Positions 1-13,667 of a stretch of 64,000 bases of DNA are shown piece by piece. The notes below the pieces were generated by a model. It was not told where the DNA came from. It saw nothing but the letters and a program-made list of their open reading frames with translations, and searched no databases. Every line of letters starts with the position of its first letter. Position 1 is the stretch's first letter. Made by a program: the position numbers and the translations under genes. This DNA is from Eledone cirrhosa (Eukaryota), in contig OZ024749.1 of assembly GCA_964016885.1 (NCBI GenBank), positions 32,922,001 to 32,986,000 on the forward strand, read 5' to 3'.

Positions 1-315
1 GGGTGTATTTTATTGTGGAACCTGTGCTACCACTTTACAGACTGGGTTAGGTGTATTTTATTGTGGCACCAACACAACCACTTTACAGAGTGGACTGTGT
101 GTATTATATTGTGGCACCAGCACTACCACTTTACAGAGTTAACTGGGTGTATTTTATTGTGGCACCAGCATAGCCACTTTACAGAGTGAACTGGGTGTAT
201 TTTATTGTGGCACCAGCATAGCCACTTCACAGAATGGGCTGGGTACATTTTATTGTGGCACTGACACGACCACTTGCTGAATGGGCTGCGTGTATTATAT
301 TGTGGCACCAGTACT
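1..315. repeat. 48-bp minisatellite, ~6.5 copies
   Basis: Unit GGGTGTATTTTATTGTGGCACCAGCATAGCCACTTTACAGAGTGAACT. Confidence 0.9.
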
Positions 316-606
316 AGGGTGCTCGTTTTGTCTTCCTAAAAATATGGAACATTTTATGAATTTGAGCATTTACGTCTATATCCTACACTATTATACATTT
401 ACAGCTACCTCCCCCAACAGCATTGCTTATTACTCACCTTGAGTGCTACAACAACCTATACCATCATTAGAGTTATGGCCCTTGCCATTCTGAGTTCAAA
501 TCCCGCCGAGGTTAACTTTGTCTTTCATCCTTACAGGGTTGATAAAATAAAATACCAGTAATGCACTGGGTAATTGCTGGTCTTGTGCCAAAAGTAGAAA
601 CAATTA

Positions 607-1075
607 TTAACCCTTTTGGCATCAATCCACCTGAAACTGCCCTTATTCTATTATTCCAAGAGTTCATATTTAAATTTAAACCTTCCATTATAATTTTATG
701 TATGAATCTTTAATTAAGATATATTTCAAACATTAACTTCATGAGAAAGTTATTTTACTAAATCCTCCAAAATTTATTATTTTCAGAATTAACCCTTTAG
801 CATTTACATTACTCTATATTTACTATTATATTTTCATGGTAAAGGCTTTACCTCACATAATTAGCTCACATAATATCGAATCTTTGAGATTTTGATATTA
901 TTTATTTTGAGAACAATACCTTAACATCGGTATGAGTGGCTGCTTACGGATGATTTGAACAGAAAGAGGTGAGAGAATTCTGGCCAGATACGGCTGGTTT
1001 AAATGCTAAACAGTTAATCAAAACACATATGCAGTGTATTTATTCCATTTAAAATATGGTAATGAAAAAGGTTAA
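607..1075 (+). mobile_element. Older TTAA-ended MITE family B (~250 bp without the nested insert)
   Basis: TTAACCCTTTTG...ATGGTAATGAAAAAGGTTAA. Diverged copies near 3541-4113, 12890-13126, 22230-22433, 31490-31751, 60786-61230 and 63282-63430. Confidence 0.65.
789..1017 (+). mobile_element. piggyBac-type MITE family A (~225 bp), nested in a family B MITE
   Basis: Family termini TTAA-CCCTTTAGCATTTA...TAAATGCTAAAGGG-TTAA (right end slightly degenerate here). Other copies at about 3820-4027(-), 6109-6314(+), 8268-8447(-), 60292-60490(+) and 63431-63535 (partial). Confidence 0.85.
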
Positions 1076-1749
1076 TATTTTCACAATAGTCAATAGATAT
1101 ATTTCAGAATTACTTTTTGTATTTTTCTTTTATTTTAATCAGTTTTTTCCTTACTAGTTTCTTAGATTTTTCCTCTTATTTATTTATTTTCATTTTGTCT
1201 TAATCCTAATTTTTTTCTTTCTGATTAACAGTTATAGCATAATAAATTTCCAACATTGTGAAAATACTTGTTTCAACAGTGTGTTTACAAAAGCCCTAAT
1301 ATTGCTAACTACTAACATATATATTTCCCCAATGTGGCTCGCTAAACCTATGTAAATCTGGGTCATAATAGCAATAATTGTTTCTACTTTTGGTACAAGG
1401 CCAGCAATTATGCCAGTGTATTACTGGTACTTTATTTTATCGACTCCGTAAGGATGAAAGGCAAAGTTAACCTTGGCAGGATTTGAACTCAGTCCGTAAA
1501 GGGACGTAACTGTGCTGCAAAGCATGGCGTCCGACCCTCCACCGATACTGCCAAATAGCAATAATAACATGTCTGCAGTTAATTCAATCTAATTCATTTA
1601 TTTTGACCACAAAATCATAGCAAATTACAGAGTGTAAACAGAAAAATCATTATCACCCTTATCATCTTTATGTCCACTTTTCCATGCTGGAAGGGGTTGG
1701 AAAGAACTTTTTAAGGAAGTGTTTTATAACCGAATGCTTTACCTGATGC

Positions 1750-1839
1750 CAGAGATTAGAATACGTACACTGCTTACCTACACATAGTAAGTTACCACTT
1801 ACTATGTGTAGGTAAGCAGTGTACGTATTCTAATCTCTG
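1750..1839. repeat. Perfect 43-bp-stem hairpin, 4-nt loop
   Basis: 1750-1792 is the exact reverse complement of 1797-1839. Confidence 0.92.
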
Positions 1840-4644
1840 TGATAGACAGTAGAGAATAAAAAAATACTTATAGTTGAAGATGCATGTATATTGATCTGTA
1901 ATTCCTTGAGCACTTTAAAATCTGGTGGAGTCCATCTCCTCTTCAGGTTAGAACACAACAGAGATTTGAGAAAAAGCAAGTGAGAAAGAGATATAGAGGA
2001 AGAATTGACCCCGGTACTAACTAGGCAGGTACTTTTTTTCTCAAACTCGGCAGGATTTGAACTCAGCATGCAAAGAACTGTAATTAATACTGCTAAGTAT
2101 TCTGGCTGATATTCTCAAAACTCTGCCTATTTGGAAGGCCAAAATTGTCAGCAGGGCTTCAAGGATCTTTGTGGTTTTTGTATCTGAAACAACTAAACAA
2201 CAGTGGCAACAAAAACATAATAACCATATTTCCTGGTACTGTGCTATATTGATGGGGTTTTGTTGTTGAAAACAGGTCTACTGAAAATTACAAAGATGTA
2301 CAGATATAGACATGGACATACTGTCATTGACACCGATAGACACACACCGGCATTATCATCATTGTTTAATGTCTTATTTTCCTTGCTTAATGTCTTATTT
2401 TCCTTGCTTGCATGGGTTATATGGGTTATTATGTTCTGAGGCCACCAGACTGACCCAGTGGCAATGCTTATCTTATTTTTGACATGGTTTCTACAGCTGG
2501 ATGTTCTTTCTAATGCCAGCGATTTTATCATTGTGCCAGCACTACCACATGACAGTGAAATTGGGTGCTTTTTATTGATACCACAAAAATTGTTAGCCCT
2601 GTGCCTAAATCAGAAACCATTATTACACACGTCTTGGAAATGGGTGTTATGTAATCGGTTGATTTATGATGGTTTTTGAAAGCCATACTCATTTGTATCA
2701 CCACTACCACTTTACAGTGTGCACAGTGAGCATTTTATCATGTCACCAATGCATATATGTTACTGTACTTATGGTTTCTTTTCTTTTGAAACAACATTGA
2801 AAGAACAGAAAGATGACTCTGTGTAGTGCATAGGAAGGGTATTGGAATGGACTCCATTAAATGTAAGATATATACTGGCTACTGGGTACATTTTGCTGGT
2901 TTGCTAACAATTTGGATATCAAACTGAAATTTTTATCTATTGTCTTCTTTGTATTATGTCTATTTTTGTATGTTGCCATGGGTTAGACAGGTTATTTCTA
3001 CCAACCATCTTACAACATATAGGAGGGATGTATCATTATTACCACTTAATGTCCATACCTCTCTGCTAGTAAAGGTTTGATGGGTTGTCGCTAGTCAGTG
3101 CTACTGACCTCTCAGATGGGCCAGTGGCCATATCTCTCTTACATATCTTCCTGCACTCTACAGAGTGCACCAGGTGCATGTTTATGTTTATATGTATATA
3201 TGTTTGTATGTATATTTGTATGTATGCTTATATATGTATCTACGAGATGTGCAGTCTGTAGCTGTACTTCTGCCAAAGCAATATGTTAGAGGTACAAGTA
3301 CATGCGGAATACTCCACCACTTATACTGCAATATATGATAAAATGTATAATGGAACCAGCATTAGGGATGTTGTGTGTTTGATACAACTGAAGAGTCCTC
3401 CTAACTCTTTATTTGGCAAGTTTTCTATGGTTGGATGCCATGTACCTATTCTAAAAGCAGGATACACACAATTATTGCTAACTGCATTATCAGAGTTAAA
3501 AGGATCAAGGGATCATTAACCATGTTTTACAGTATGCAGGTTAATCTTTTACATACCACCCCTGAAATTGCCCTTGGTTCTCTGATCAAACCTCTTTATT
3601 TTGAAGTGTTTATATTTAACTAATATCCTACCCCTCTAATTTTATGTAAAAATCATTAATTTATACTCCAAACACCAGCTTAATAATGAGAAAGTTCCTT
3701 TTGATTCCAAACTGCTAGAAACTGGTTTAGTTTATACAATACCAAGCTGTTTATTTTAAAGTGTTTATATTTAAAAAAATCTTAATTTGATGTAAGTGTT
3801 ATTGAGTTATGTTCTAAACATCTAGCAGCATTTCAACCAGCTGTATCTGGCCAGAATTCTCTCACCTCTTTGTGTTCAAACTGGCTGTAAGCGGTTGCTC
3901 ATACTTATGTTAAGGTATTGTTTTGAAAATAAATAATATCAAAATCTCGTAAATTCGATATTATGTGAGATAAAGTGTTTACCATGAAAATACAATAGTA
4001 AATATAATGTAAATGCTAAAAGGTTAAACCCCTCCAAATTTTTGATTATTTTCAAAATTATTTGAAAATCATAAGCAGTGTCTTTCATTAGAAATATGGT
4101 AACGTAAAAGTTAATTGATATAGAGAATAGATGAGTTTTGGGTGTTTATGCTCAGTTTTTTGAACTGCATAGGATTTTAAAATAATTTTGAAAATAATCA
4201 AGAATTTCGGAGGACATAGTAATATATAAAAATCTTCAATCATAATTGTATGTAAGAATATTTACAAACTCCTTAACCACACAACCATGATTGCAGTTAG
4301 GGCCACCTTATGTATTTCTAATGTGATTTTTTTGAAGACAGTAGAGTGGGATTTGAGGATGATTTGGCAGCTATTTCTGGCTGGCACGAAGAATTGGTTA
4401 TCAAGATGGCTAGGTAGCTTAGCTAATGGTGTGTATACACAATGAAAAACAAAACAAAACATGAGATATGAAAAAGACCCTAAAACCAATAAATAAAAAA
4501 AGCCCCATAAATCAATGAAAACAAAAACAAAACTAAACAGAACATACCTGCTTTGTAAATAAAAGAAACCAACAAAAAATACTACAAAATTAACTTTAAA
4601 AAAATTTAATTTCCTGCAAATATAACTTATCAGCACTATTTACA

Positions 4645-5052
4645 TCGTCATCATCACCATCACATCCATCACCACTACCATCACCATCACCAGACTAGGA
4701 CCATCACTAGCACCATCATCATTATGACAACCACCACCACCTCTATCATCATTATGACTACTACTACTACTACCACCACCATCATCACTAGGACAACCAT
4801 CACCATCACTGCCACCACTGCTGTTATCATTACGACTACAACCACCACCACCACCACCATCATCATCACTAGGACCACCATGACCATCATTATGACGACA
4901 ATCACCACCATCATCATCTTATTTCAACCATTATCATTACTGCCATCATCACTGCCACTACTATCATCATCATCATCACTACGACCACCATTGCTGTCAC
5001 CATCACCACTACTACCACCATTACCACAACAACCACCACCACCACCACAATA
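4645..5052. repeat. Degenerate CAT/CAC trinucleotide tract
   Basis: Visible low-complexity run. Confidence 0.9.
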
Positions 5053-6549
5053 ACAAATATTCCCTCTCATACCAGTTCATATTGTGTATTTTCTTTCTTA
5101 GTATGGATTACTGCATATACTCAAATATAACCCCAACCCTTAACCGGATCCCTCTCCCCTATTTTATGTCTCAGAAATGGGCAAAAATGCAAACTCTGTT
5201 TATAGGCCAAGGCAGGTAATCAACACGTTTAGAGGGTGCAGTTTTGAAGAAATTCTCATGAATGGAAAATATATTTATAAAGTTTTAATATTTTGATATT
5301 TAAAATGTTTTTTGTGTCATTTAAAGTATAGTTTTTGTTTCACAACTTCATAACATAGTGATTATTTTTTCCCCATTTCATCTGTTTTATAATATTTGAA
5401 CAAGTTTCTCAAATTTTTGTTTACTTCTGACTACTTGAGGAAGATCAAAACTGTGCAAGGGGACATAATAAATAGGGAATAGTTGAAAGAAAGAGATTGA
5501 CTAAGGGAACATTGTATAGGGATTCAGAGCAGATGAGGAAAGGAGAGAGATAGGAGAGGCAGAATGAGAAAAAGAGAGGGTGAGAGAGAGCAAGAACAAT
5601 AAAATACAAGACAGAAGTAAGATTGAAAGGAAAAATATAATTATGTCGCAGAGAAAATCAGTCATCACACGTGTGTGTATGTGTGCGCATGTACGTGCAT
5701 GTATGCATGATCATAGAGTGTGGGTTTGATTCCTGAACTAGGTGACCATTGAGATCTTGAGCAAGATGATTCATTTCATGCTACTTCAGTCCACTCAACT
5801 GAAAAAATGAGTACCAACAGTATCTGGGGGTTAAACCTCTCAATAGACTGGCATCTGGTTCAGTGGTGGTGGTGGAGGTCCTTTTCATGATAAGACCAAG
5901 GTCTTTTTCATTAAAACACCCAAGAACCTTTCTATGAGATGCAACTGTATAGAAGACCAGCTAAACCTACATAGATGTGAGCTGTAATGATATTTCAGTA
6001 CTGGTTATAATGGAAATAGGGTGAAGGGATTTAAGAAACATTCAATGATGTGTTGCAGTTGCTCGAGCTCATGAAAAGTGTAAGTGGTTGAGTATTCTAT
6101 AGACACTTTTAATGCTTTAGCATTTACATTACTTTATATATACTATTATATTTTTGTGATAACGGTGTTACCTCACATACTATCGAATCTATGTGATTTT
6201 GATATTATTTATTTTGAGAACAATACCTTAACATCAGTATGAACAGCTGGTTTGAACAAAAAGAGGTGAGATAATTCTGGCCAGATACGGTCAGTTTAAA
6301 TGCTAATAGGTTATGGTAATTCTTGGAGATTCAAATTGACACTATGTAACTAGGCTGGTCCTTTGAATTGCAGTCCATCCGATGGGCTTCCAAACGTTTT
6401 CTGTCTGCCCAATTTTATTCAAAAGCCATTGGTTGACCCTAGGCTATAGTATCTGACACTTATGGTATGTGCCTTTATATTAACAGCACTAGCAGAAAAA
6501 CCACCCTTTGGGTGATTTTCTGCTAGCATGTGTAGTGTGTATATTGATA

Positions 6550-6965
6550 TAATACGCAAGTATATATACATGTAGATATGATACATCAAATAAAATCGTA
6601 ATTGACAATATAAACAGAAATTGAACGAAGACGTTGTTACATTGTCTTATGTAATCAGTAACGTAATCCATGATACATTAAAAAAAGACGATATTATATA
6701 TAAACTGCATTAGGAGAAAATTAGTATGTTTATTTAAGTGATCGCCACCGGAAGTGTTGACATCACTCACTCTCTCTTTCTATATATATGAAGTGGTGGT
6801 GGTGGCAACGATATACCGGAAGTGCAACTTTGAAAAGAAGTCAATTTTAAATTATTTATTTTTACGAAATTTAGTAGATAAATTATGAAATATTCATTCA
6901 TTATTTATTCAAAGTAATCCAACTTATTTTACTAACGGCATAAAAAAAAAAAACGTACGCAGTCC
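6550..6965. promoter_or_regulatory. CpG-enriched promoter-like island with two ETS/GABP consensus sites
   Basis: ACCGGAAGTG at 6747-6756 and 6815-6824. CpG is visibly denser than in the CpG-poor flanks, and the sequence is non-repetitive. Confidence 0.5.
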
Positions 6966-6986
6966 CTCCTTTATTATAGTTTACAT

Positions 6987-7215
6987 TTAACCCTTTAGCA
7001 TTAGCATTACTCTATATTTACTATTATATTTTCATGGTAAAGGCTTTACCTTACATAATTATCTCACATAATATCGAATCTTTGAGATTTTGATATTACT
7101 TATTTTGAGAACAATACCTTAACATCAGTATGCGCGGCTAGTTACAGTCAGTTTGACCAGAAAGAGGTGAGAGAATTCTGGCTGGGTACAGCCGGTTTAA
7201 ATGTTAATGGGTTAA
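6987..7215 (+). mobile_element. piggyBac-type MITE family A copy
   Basis: TTAA-flanked, same internal sequence and TIRs. Confidence 0.85.
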
Positions 7216-8644
7216 AGCAAGTGGTCAAGATTATGTCCAGCAACCTGGTGGTCTACAAAGATGAACGGAACAAAAATAAAGTATAGGTTGACATCAGGAA
7301 AGGCATCCAGCCTTAGAAAAACTGCCTGAAAACACTTTTGTCTAACCCATGCCGGCATGTAAAAACAATGATGAATGAAATGAGAATGGACCTAATGATT
7401 GCGGAACGAACCTCTTAACCATGTGGCCATGCTGTGGCAGTTGCCATGATGGTGGAAATACCTCATTAAATCTTATTAACACTAAGAGAAAGAGGAAGGG
7501 AGAGAGATTTCTTAAAATAACACCTTATATGTATTGTTCTCTATCCATGTTGAATACTTTGTGTACTAAATGTCAAGTATGTGTGTGTGTGTGTGCAAGT
7601 GTTTGAGTGTGTGCGAATATGTGTGCACAGTTTTTATCGAGAGCTTGCACCTTCATATTAATGTAATAGTGGTGTGAAAATTGTATAAATTACTTTACTC
7701 TTACAAACTTATTCTGGAGCTATACGTTATTAAAGATTCTAGGCTAATTCATCTATGACAATTCCTCTACAGATCTACAACAATTCATCTATCACAAATT
7801 ATGATGGAAGGAAGGTTTAAATTTAAACCTGAGTATAATTACATACAAATGGCTTTGTATGATAAACCCAGGTGCTGTTTTTTTTAGTAATGAAATGAAA
7901 ATTATTGTGTACAGTGCTCAGGTGCACTACAACTCATCAAAGGTGCACATATAGTACATGTAAAAAAGTCAGGAAAGTGACAGCATATACATGCGTGCAT
8001 GTGTATGGAGGGGGAATATCAGTTATACCATGTGGCTGAACAGTGAGCTTCTTAATTACACCGCCAATGTTTGTCTAATTTTAATTATATTAACATTAAA
8101 TATATTTAACATGTAACAGCATCAGTTTTATTTCTTAACTCTTTAAGCAAGCAGTTTATTTCTATAATTGACTTCAAATAACATTTACTTACTATGTAGC
8201 TTCGTCTTGGAGAGTGTGATTTATGATCCAACGGTTTCTATAAGTTTTATTTATTATCAGGGATTTTTTCTAGCATTTAAACTGGCTGTATCCGGCTAGA
8301 ATTCTCTCACCTCTTTCTGTTTAAACCAGCTGTAGCCAGCCACTCATACCAATGTTAAGATATCGTTCTCAAAATAAATATCAAAATTATAGATTCGATA
8401 TTATTGTGAAAATACAATAGTAAATATAGAGTAATGTAAATGCATAAGAACTTGTTTGATTATGCTTTAAACACCAGCTTAATTATAAAAAAGTTAGTTA
8501 TATTGCTAAATCCCTCCAAATTCTTGATTATTTTCAAAATGGTTTGAAAATCATAGGCAGTTTCTTCTATTAGACATATGGTAATGAAAGTGTTGATAAT
8601 AAGCTAGTTGCATTTGATCGGAGATCTCATATGTGTGGAGTTCT

Positions 8645-8858
8645 TTAACACTTTAGCATTTAAACTAGCCGTATTTGGCCAGAATTCTCTCACATCTTTC
8701 TGTTCAAACTGGCCCTAACCAGCTGCTCATACTTATGTTAAGGTATTGTTCTCAAAATAAATAATATCGAAATCTTGTAGATTCAATATTATGTGAGATA
8801 AAGTGTTTACCGTAAAAATATGGTAAATATAGAGTAATGTAAATGCTAAAGGGTTTAA
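8645..8858 (-). mobile_element. piggyBac-type MITE family A copy
   Basis: Reverse-complement copy with TIRs. Confidence 0.8.
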
Positions 8859-10184
8859 TTACTCTTGGGTGTTTCTCCTTGTATTGTGGAATTCTGTTAT
8901 CAATTTGTTTTTATTTTTCTCTTCACACATCTCTCTGTAAATTCTCACTGTCCTTGTTTATTGTATTATTCTCAATGTTTTCGGCCAATAAAGAAACTGA
9001 AACTAAATATGTCCCATTTGTTGGGTGTAGAACCCCAGAGAGCTGAGACTATAAGCCAGAAAGCCATCTGACCACATGTACAGAAATTTGCACTTATAAA
9101 TAAAAAAAATTATACAGGAAAAAAAAAATCATTATTATAGAGTTTATGTATTTTCATTTCTAATACAAATATCAGGTTTTGGCTGAAATATTCACTTGAC
9201 CTTCTGAGTATTTCCATTGACCCTTGGGGGACAACTGGTATAAGGGTTCTAAGCTACAAATTTTCTGTATTTTGTTTTTATTTCCTACACATGTAAACAT
9301 CAATACTTCTTTCTGTAACAGTAGATATTTTTCTCTCTCCATTAAAAAATATAACTACTGAGTCTTCTGATCTCTTCAAACTAAGCCTTCTTCAGATGTT
9401 TTATGAATTATAGGGTTAAATGTTTTCATTGCCATAATAACCTGCTGAGTTTAGTTGACAGATTAATACTTAACATGTTGGGCCACATGAAACTGCATTA
9501 TAGCAAGGCATTCTTGAAAAGTATAAAGCAGCACTGTGATTGCATCACATTAAAAATTTAAACTTTGCACTAATACTGCAAATTTTCACAACAATCTCTC
9601 TAGTAAAGATATGAATATCTAAATTAACAAAGCTAGTTTTAGATATTTTCTGCTAAATCATAACAGTATGTTAAAAGTTGGGGCAGTGAATTGGCAGGAA
9701 TTAAAATGTTGGATTAAATGCCTTACAGAATTTGTCCTAGCTCTCTGTACTTCGAATTCAAACCCTACCAAAGAAAAGCAAGCGGCAGCTTTGCTTTTCA
9801 TCCTTTTGTGGTCGATAAATAAAGTATCAGTCCAAGGTAGTGGATTTGTGCAACTGTTAAAGCTCAGTCATGATGTTTTGGATTATCTCTTTTGGCTCTT
9901 TGCCTTCGGAGTTCATTAGCAGTGACATTTGTGCCAAGCTGTATTGGTCCTTGTCTGTCTGTCCCTTGGACATCATCCGTGGTGTGGACAGTAGAAACTT
10001 GCAGGCATGGGCAACTTTTGGTCATCCTCGGAAAAAAAAAAATCCCTTATCCAGCCTGTACTTTCAAGAGGATGTTTCTAGGGGCTGACCCGTGACCAGT
10101 GTATATTTCATGAGATAAGGGGACTGTTGATCATAAATATTTGAGAACCACTCATTTAATGAATTCATTAAAGGACAATAATTA

Positions 10185-10392
10185 TTAAGCCTTTAGCATT
10201 TAAACTGGCTGTATCCAGCCAGAATTCTCTCATCTCCTTCTGTTCAAACCGGCTGCCGATACTGATGTTAAGGTATTGTTCTCAATATAAATAATATCAA
10301 AATCTCAATAGATTCGATTATTATGTGAGGTAAAGCCTTTACCATGAAAATACAATAATAAATATAGAGTAATGTAAATGCTGAAGGATTAA
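10185..10392 (-). mobile_element. piggyBac-type MITE family A copy
   Basis: Reverse-complement copy, TTAA at both ends. Confidence 0.8.
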
Positions 10393-10549
10393 AGTTGAAT
10401 ATTCCCTTGGTCATTTGTTTAGGAGCAGTAGCAATCCATCTGTTAGATGTGACCTATCTTTTACCCAGGTTGAAGTGTAGCTGTTGTGAAAACCTTTAAA
10501 AATTTGTTAATTTCTGTTGTCTTCTTTTTCTTTTGTCTGTTTGCAATAG

Positions 10550-10641
10550 CTTCTGACCTGCTCATTGATCTGCATGTTCACTTACTCCGACGTATTGGTA
10601 AGAAGGTTAACACAGAAAAATGGCAACGAAGTATAATAAAG
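10550..10641 (+). CDS. RSF1: RSF1-like exon (first visible; DDT-like region, SDLLIDLHVHLLRRIGKKVNTEKWQRSIIK)
   Basis: Polypyrimidine tract + AG before and GTATGT after. The peptide resembles the RSF1 N-terminal LHxxLxRxIGKxVxxxxW segment as recalled. Starts in phase 1, so an upstream exon is required. Confidence 0.88.
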
Positions 10642-12184
10642 GTATGTACTTTCTCTTTTGTTGGATATGTTGCTTTGTGGTATCTGTTCCAACTCTCTTC
10701 ACTGTGTTCAGATCCCACAGGTCAACTTTAGGTTGATAAAAAAAGTACCAGTTTATTTATTACTGGGGTTGATTCTTCCTCTACATCTCTTTCTCACATC
10801 CTCCATATTTCTCTCTTTCCCTCACTCTCCTCCCTTCTATCTATTTCTCTCTCGTTCAGACCTAGAGAGGGGGAAGGGCTCTGCCAGGTTTAAATGCCAA
10901 TGGCGAAGCCCCTACGATTCCGCCAGGAGTCCAGGGCTCATGGCATGGTTTTAATTTAATATATTCTTTAGATGATTAGTGTCGCTGATTAATGTATCCC
11001 TTGTTTTCCCTTCTTGGGTCACTTTTAGTGACCCTTTTTCACTGTTTTGTGAAGGAGGGAGCAGCTGTGCCCATCACCCTTTTCAGGGCCTCTGAAACTG
11101 CTAGGAAGAAGACATCCTCAAACCAAACACCTGGCCTGAATGTTAAAGATACCCAAAGATTGGGTGGTCCTTGTAACAAAATGGACTCTGTTAAAGACAC
11201 CCAAAGGCTAGGCAGTAGTTTTAAACTGGATGATTTGAACTCTGAATGCAAAGAACCAGAAGAAATACTGCAAATTATCCATTTTTGAAGACCTTAACTA
11301 AGTTTCTGGGTTTTTTTTTTGTATTTTATTCAATATGATGACATGCTTGCAAGACATGGAGAAACACCATGGGAATCTACAGAACTATAGATGTGTTCTG
11401 TAGGCATTGCCATAGCACCATACATAGGATTTCTTGGGAGTGACCAGATCAGAAATGAGGAGTTCATGGAAAGGGCCTTACATCTGGCCACAAAGAGACC
11501 AGTGAAGGCCTCCCTGAAATGAAAGCCTCAAGCAAGGCAGACCTGGTTGAGGTCTGTTGACCTGGTAGACATAGGCTTGACCTGGGGGTAGCCATATGAC
11601 AGGGCTTATAACTCTGTAGAAAGATTTCTTATTGCCCAATGCTCCATAGGGAGCAAAAAGAACTAAAGAAAATGGCTACTACATTAGAATTTGTCTTTTT
11701 TTGAATTGTCAGTACATTTCTGTCTCCCAACATCCCAGACCCCTGAAAAATCCGCACTGTAATTAGTTACCCATTCCCCTCTTCTCCAAAAGAACCCAGT
11801 CCACCTTGTTAAGTTATCATTTGATGCCACGATAAAATGTACTCAGTCCATTTTGTTAGATGGTCATTTTGGTGCCACGATAAAAAGCACCCAGTCCACA
11901 TTATAATGTGGTTGGCATTAGGGAGGGCATCCAGTCGTAGAAACCAAGCCAAAAAAGAAACATCCATATGTAAGAACCTTTAAGTTATGTCTAGCTCTTT
12001 ACATTCTGAGATAAAATCACAATGAAATCAAACTGTCTTTCATATTTCCTGGGTTGATAAAATAAAGTACCAGTCACCTCCCCACCAAATTTCTTAGTCT
12101 TGTATCAAAATAGAAATAGTTATGTATTAAGTAATGTTTTATTTTTATGTATTGTTTTATATATTTATCTTTTATTATATATAG

Positions 12185-12277
12185 TTCTGCCATTATTTTG
12201 ATAATGCTGATGCATGGGAAATTGAACAGAATGGCTATGAAAATGTCAAAGTCAGCACAAAACTAAAAATATTAAAG
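12185..12277 (+). CDS. RSF1: RSF1-like exon (FCHYFDNADAWEIEQNGYENVKVSTKLKILK)
   Basis: TAG|...|GTATGT, 93 nt, phase 0-0. Resembles the RSF1 AWExExxGY...KLxxLK (WHIM1-like) segment. Confidence 0.9.
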
Positions 12278-13667
12278 GTATGTTTTCAGTTTCCATAATA
12301 TCCATTTTACAACCACCATACACAAGATTTAAGAAGACTGTTCAGTTGTATCAAGGACATGGCAACTTCTTAGTACACTCTGTAAAGTGATTGGTGATAG
12401 GAGGGGCATCCAGCCATAAAAAAAAGGGTTGGGAAAACTCTTCAGTTAACCTCCCTAATGTTGGGGATTTACATAATTAATGCACCCTGTACACTCTGTA
12501 AATTGGTTGGCAATAGGAGGAAGGGCATCCAGCTATTAAAAACTTGCAAAACAAATAGTCAGGAGGACTTTTCTTCTGTGTTAAAGACATGACAACTTCC
12601 CTATTACTGGTGCCATGTTAAAATGCACCTGGTGTACTTGGTAGAGTGCAAGAACATATGTGAAATAGATGCAAGCTCTCAGCCTGTGAGAGGTCAGTGA
12701 CCCCGATTAAGTACTGACTTGATCTGTGACAACCAATCTAGGAGGGAAAGCAGTCGTTAAATGATGATGATGATGACACAGTATTTTAGCAAACTTCCTG
12801 AAACTGCATCTGATTCTACATTACAAATCACTTGTTTTATTCCTTATCACAAACAATGCTTTGAATTTCTAGAAAAATCACAATAATCTTTTTGATACTA
12901 AACTACCAAAAACACCCCCCTGATTCTACAATTCAAAACTCTTTATTTTAAAGTGTTTGTATTTATCTAAAAGCCTTCAATCATAATTTTATATAAGAAA
13001 GTTAGGCTACAAGCACCAGCTTAATAATGACAAAGTTAGTTATTTTACGAGATCCCTCAAAATTCATGATTATTTGAAAATTGCGGGTAGTATTTTTCAT
13101 TAGAAATATGATAATGGAAAAGTTAACCTCCATGTCCTACCAAAAGACTTGAAAAAATATGATGTCCCCTTTCTCCACTTTAATAAAAAAAAACATGTTT
13201 GGTATCAATAAGACATAATGTAGAAAGTAGAATTTAGAAAATTTTCCCCTCAAAATATTCAAAATGCCTCCTTGTGGGACATCATCATCAACATCATTTT
13301 CACCACCAAAGAGACAGACATAATTTCTTTGGCAGAGTGTGTTAACGTTTGACATGAAGAAGGGCATCCAGCAGTAGAAACCAAGCCAGAATCAGTTCTG
13401 TATGAGCTAGACATAGTCACCTGACCTGGCATTGCTCACAACAGGACAACTCGTCTAACCCATGCCAGCGTGATGATGGTGATGATTATGATGAAACTGT
13501 TTTAGAGCCTTCTAAATAAAACTTGCATGATTTTGACAGATTTTGTTATAACAGATAGACAGACAGAAAACATGGTATAATTATTATAATATAATATAAA
13601 TTTGTATGAATAACTAATTCTGGTTTATCCATTGTTTTTCTTTTTTTTTTCATATAACATTTGACAG

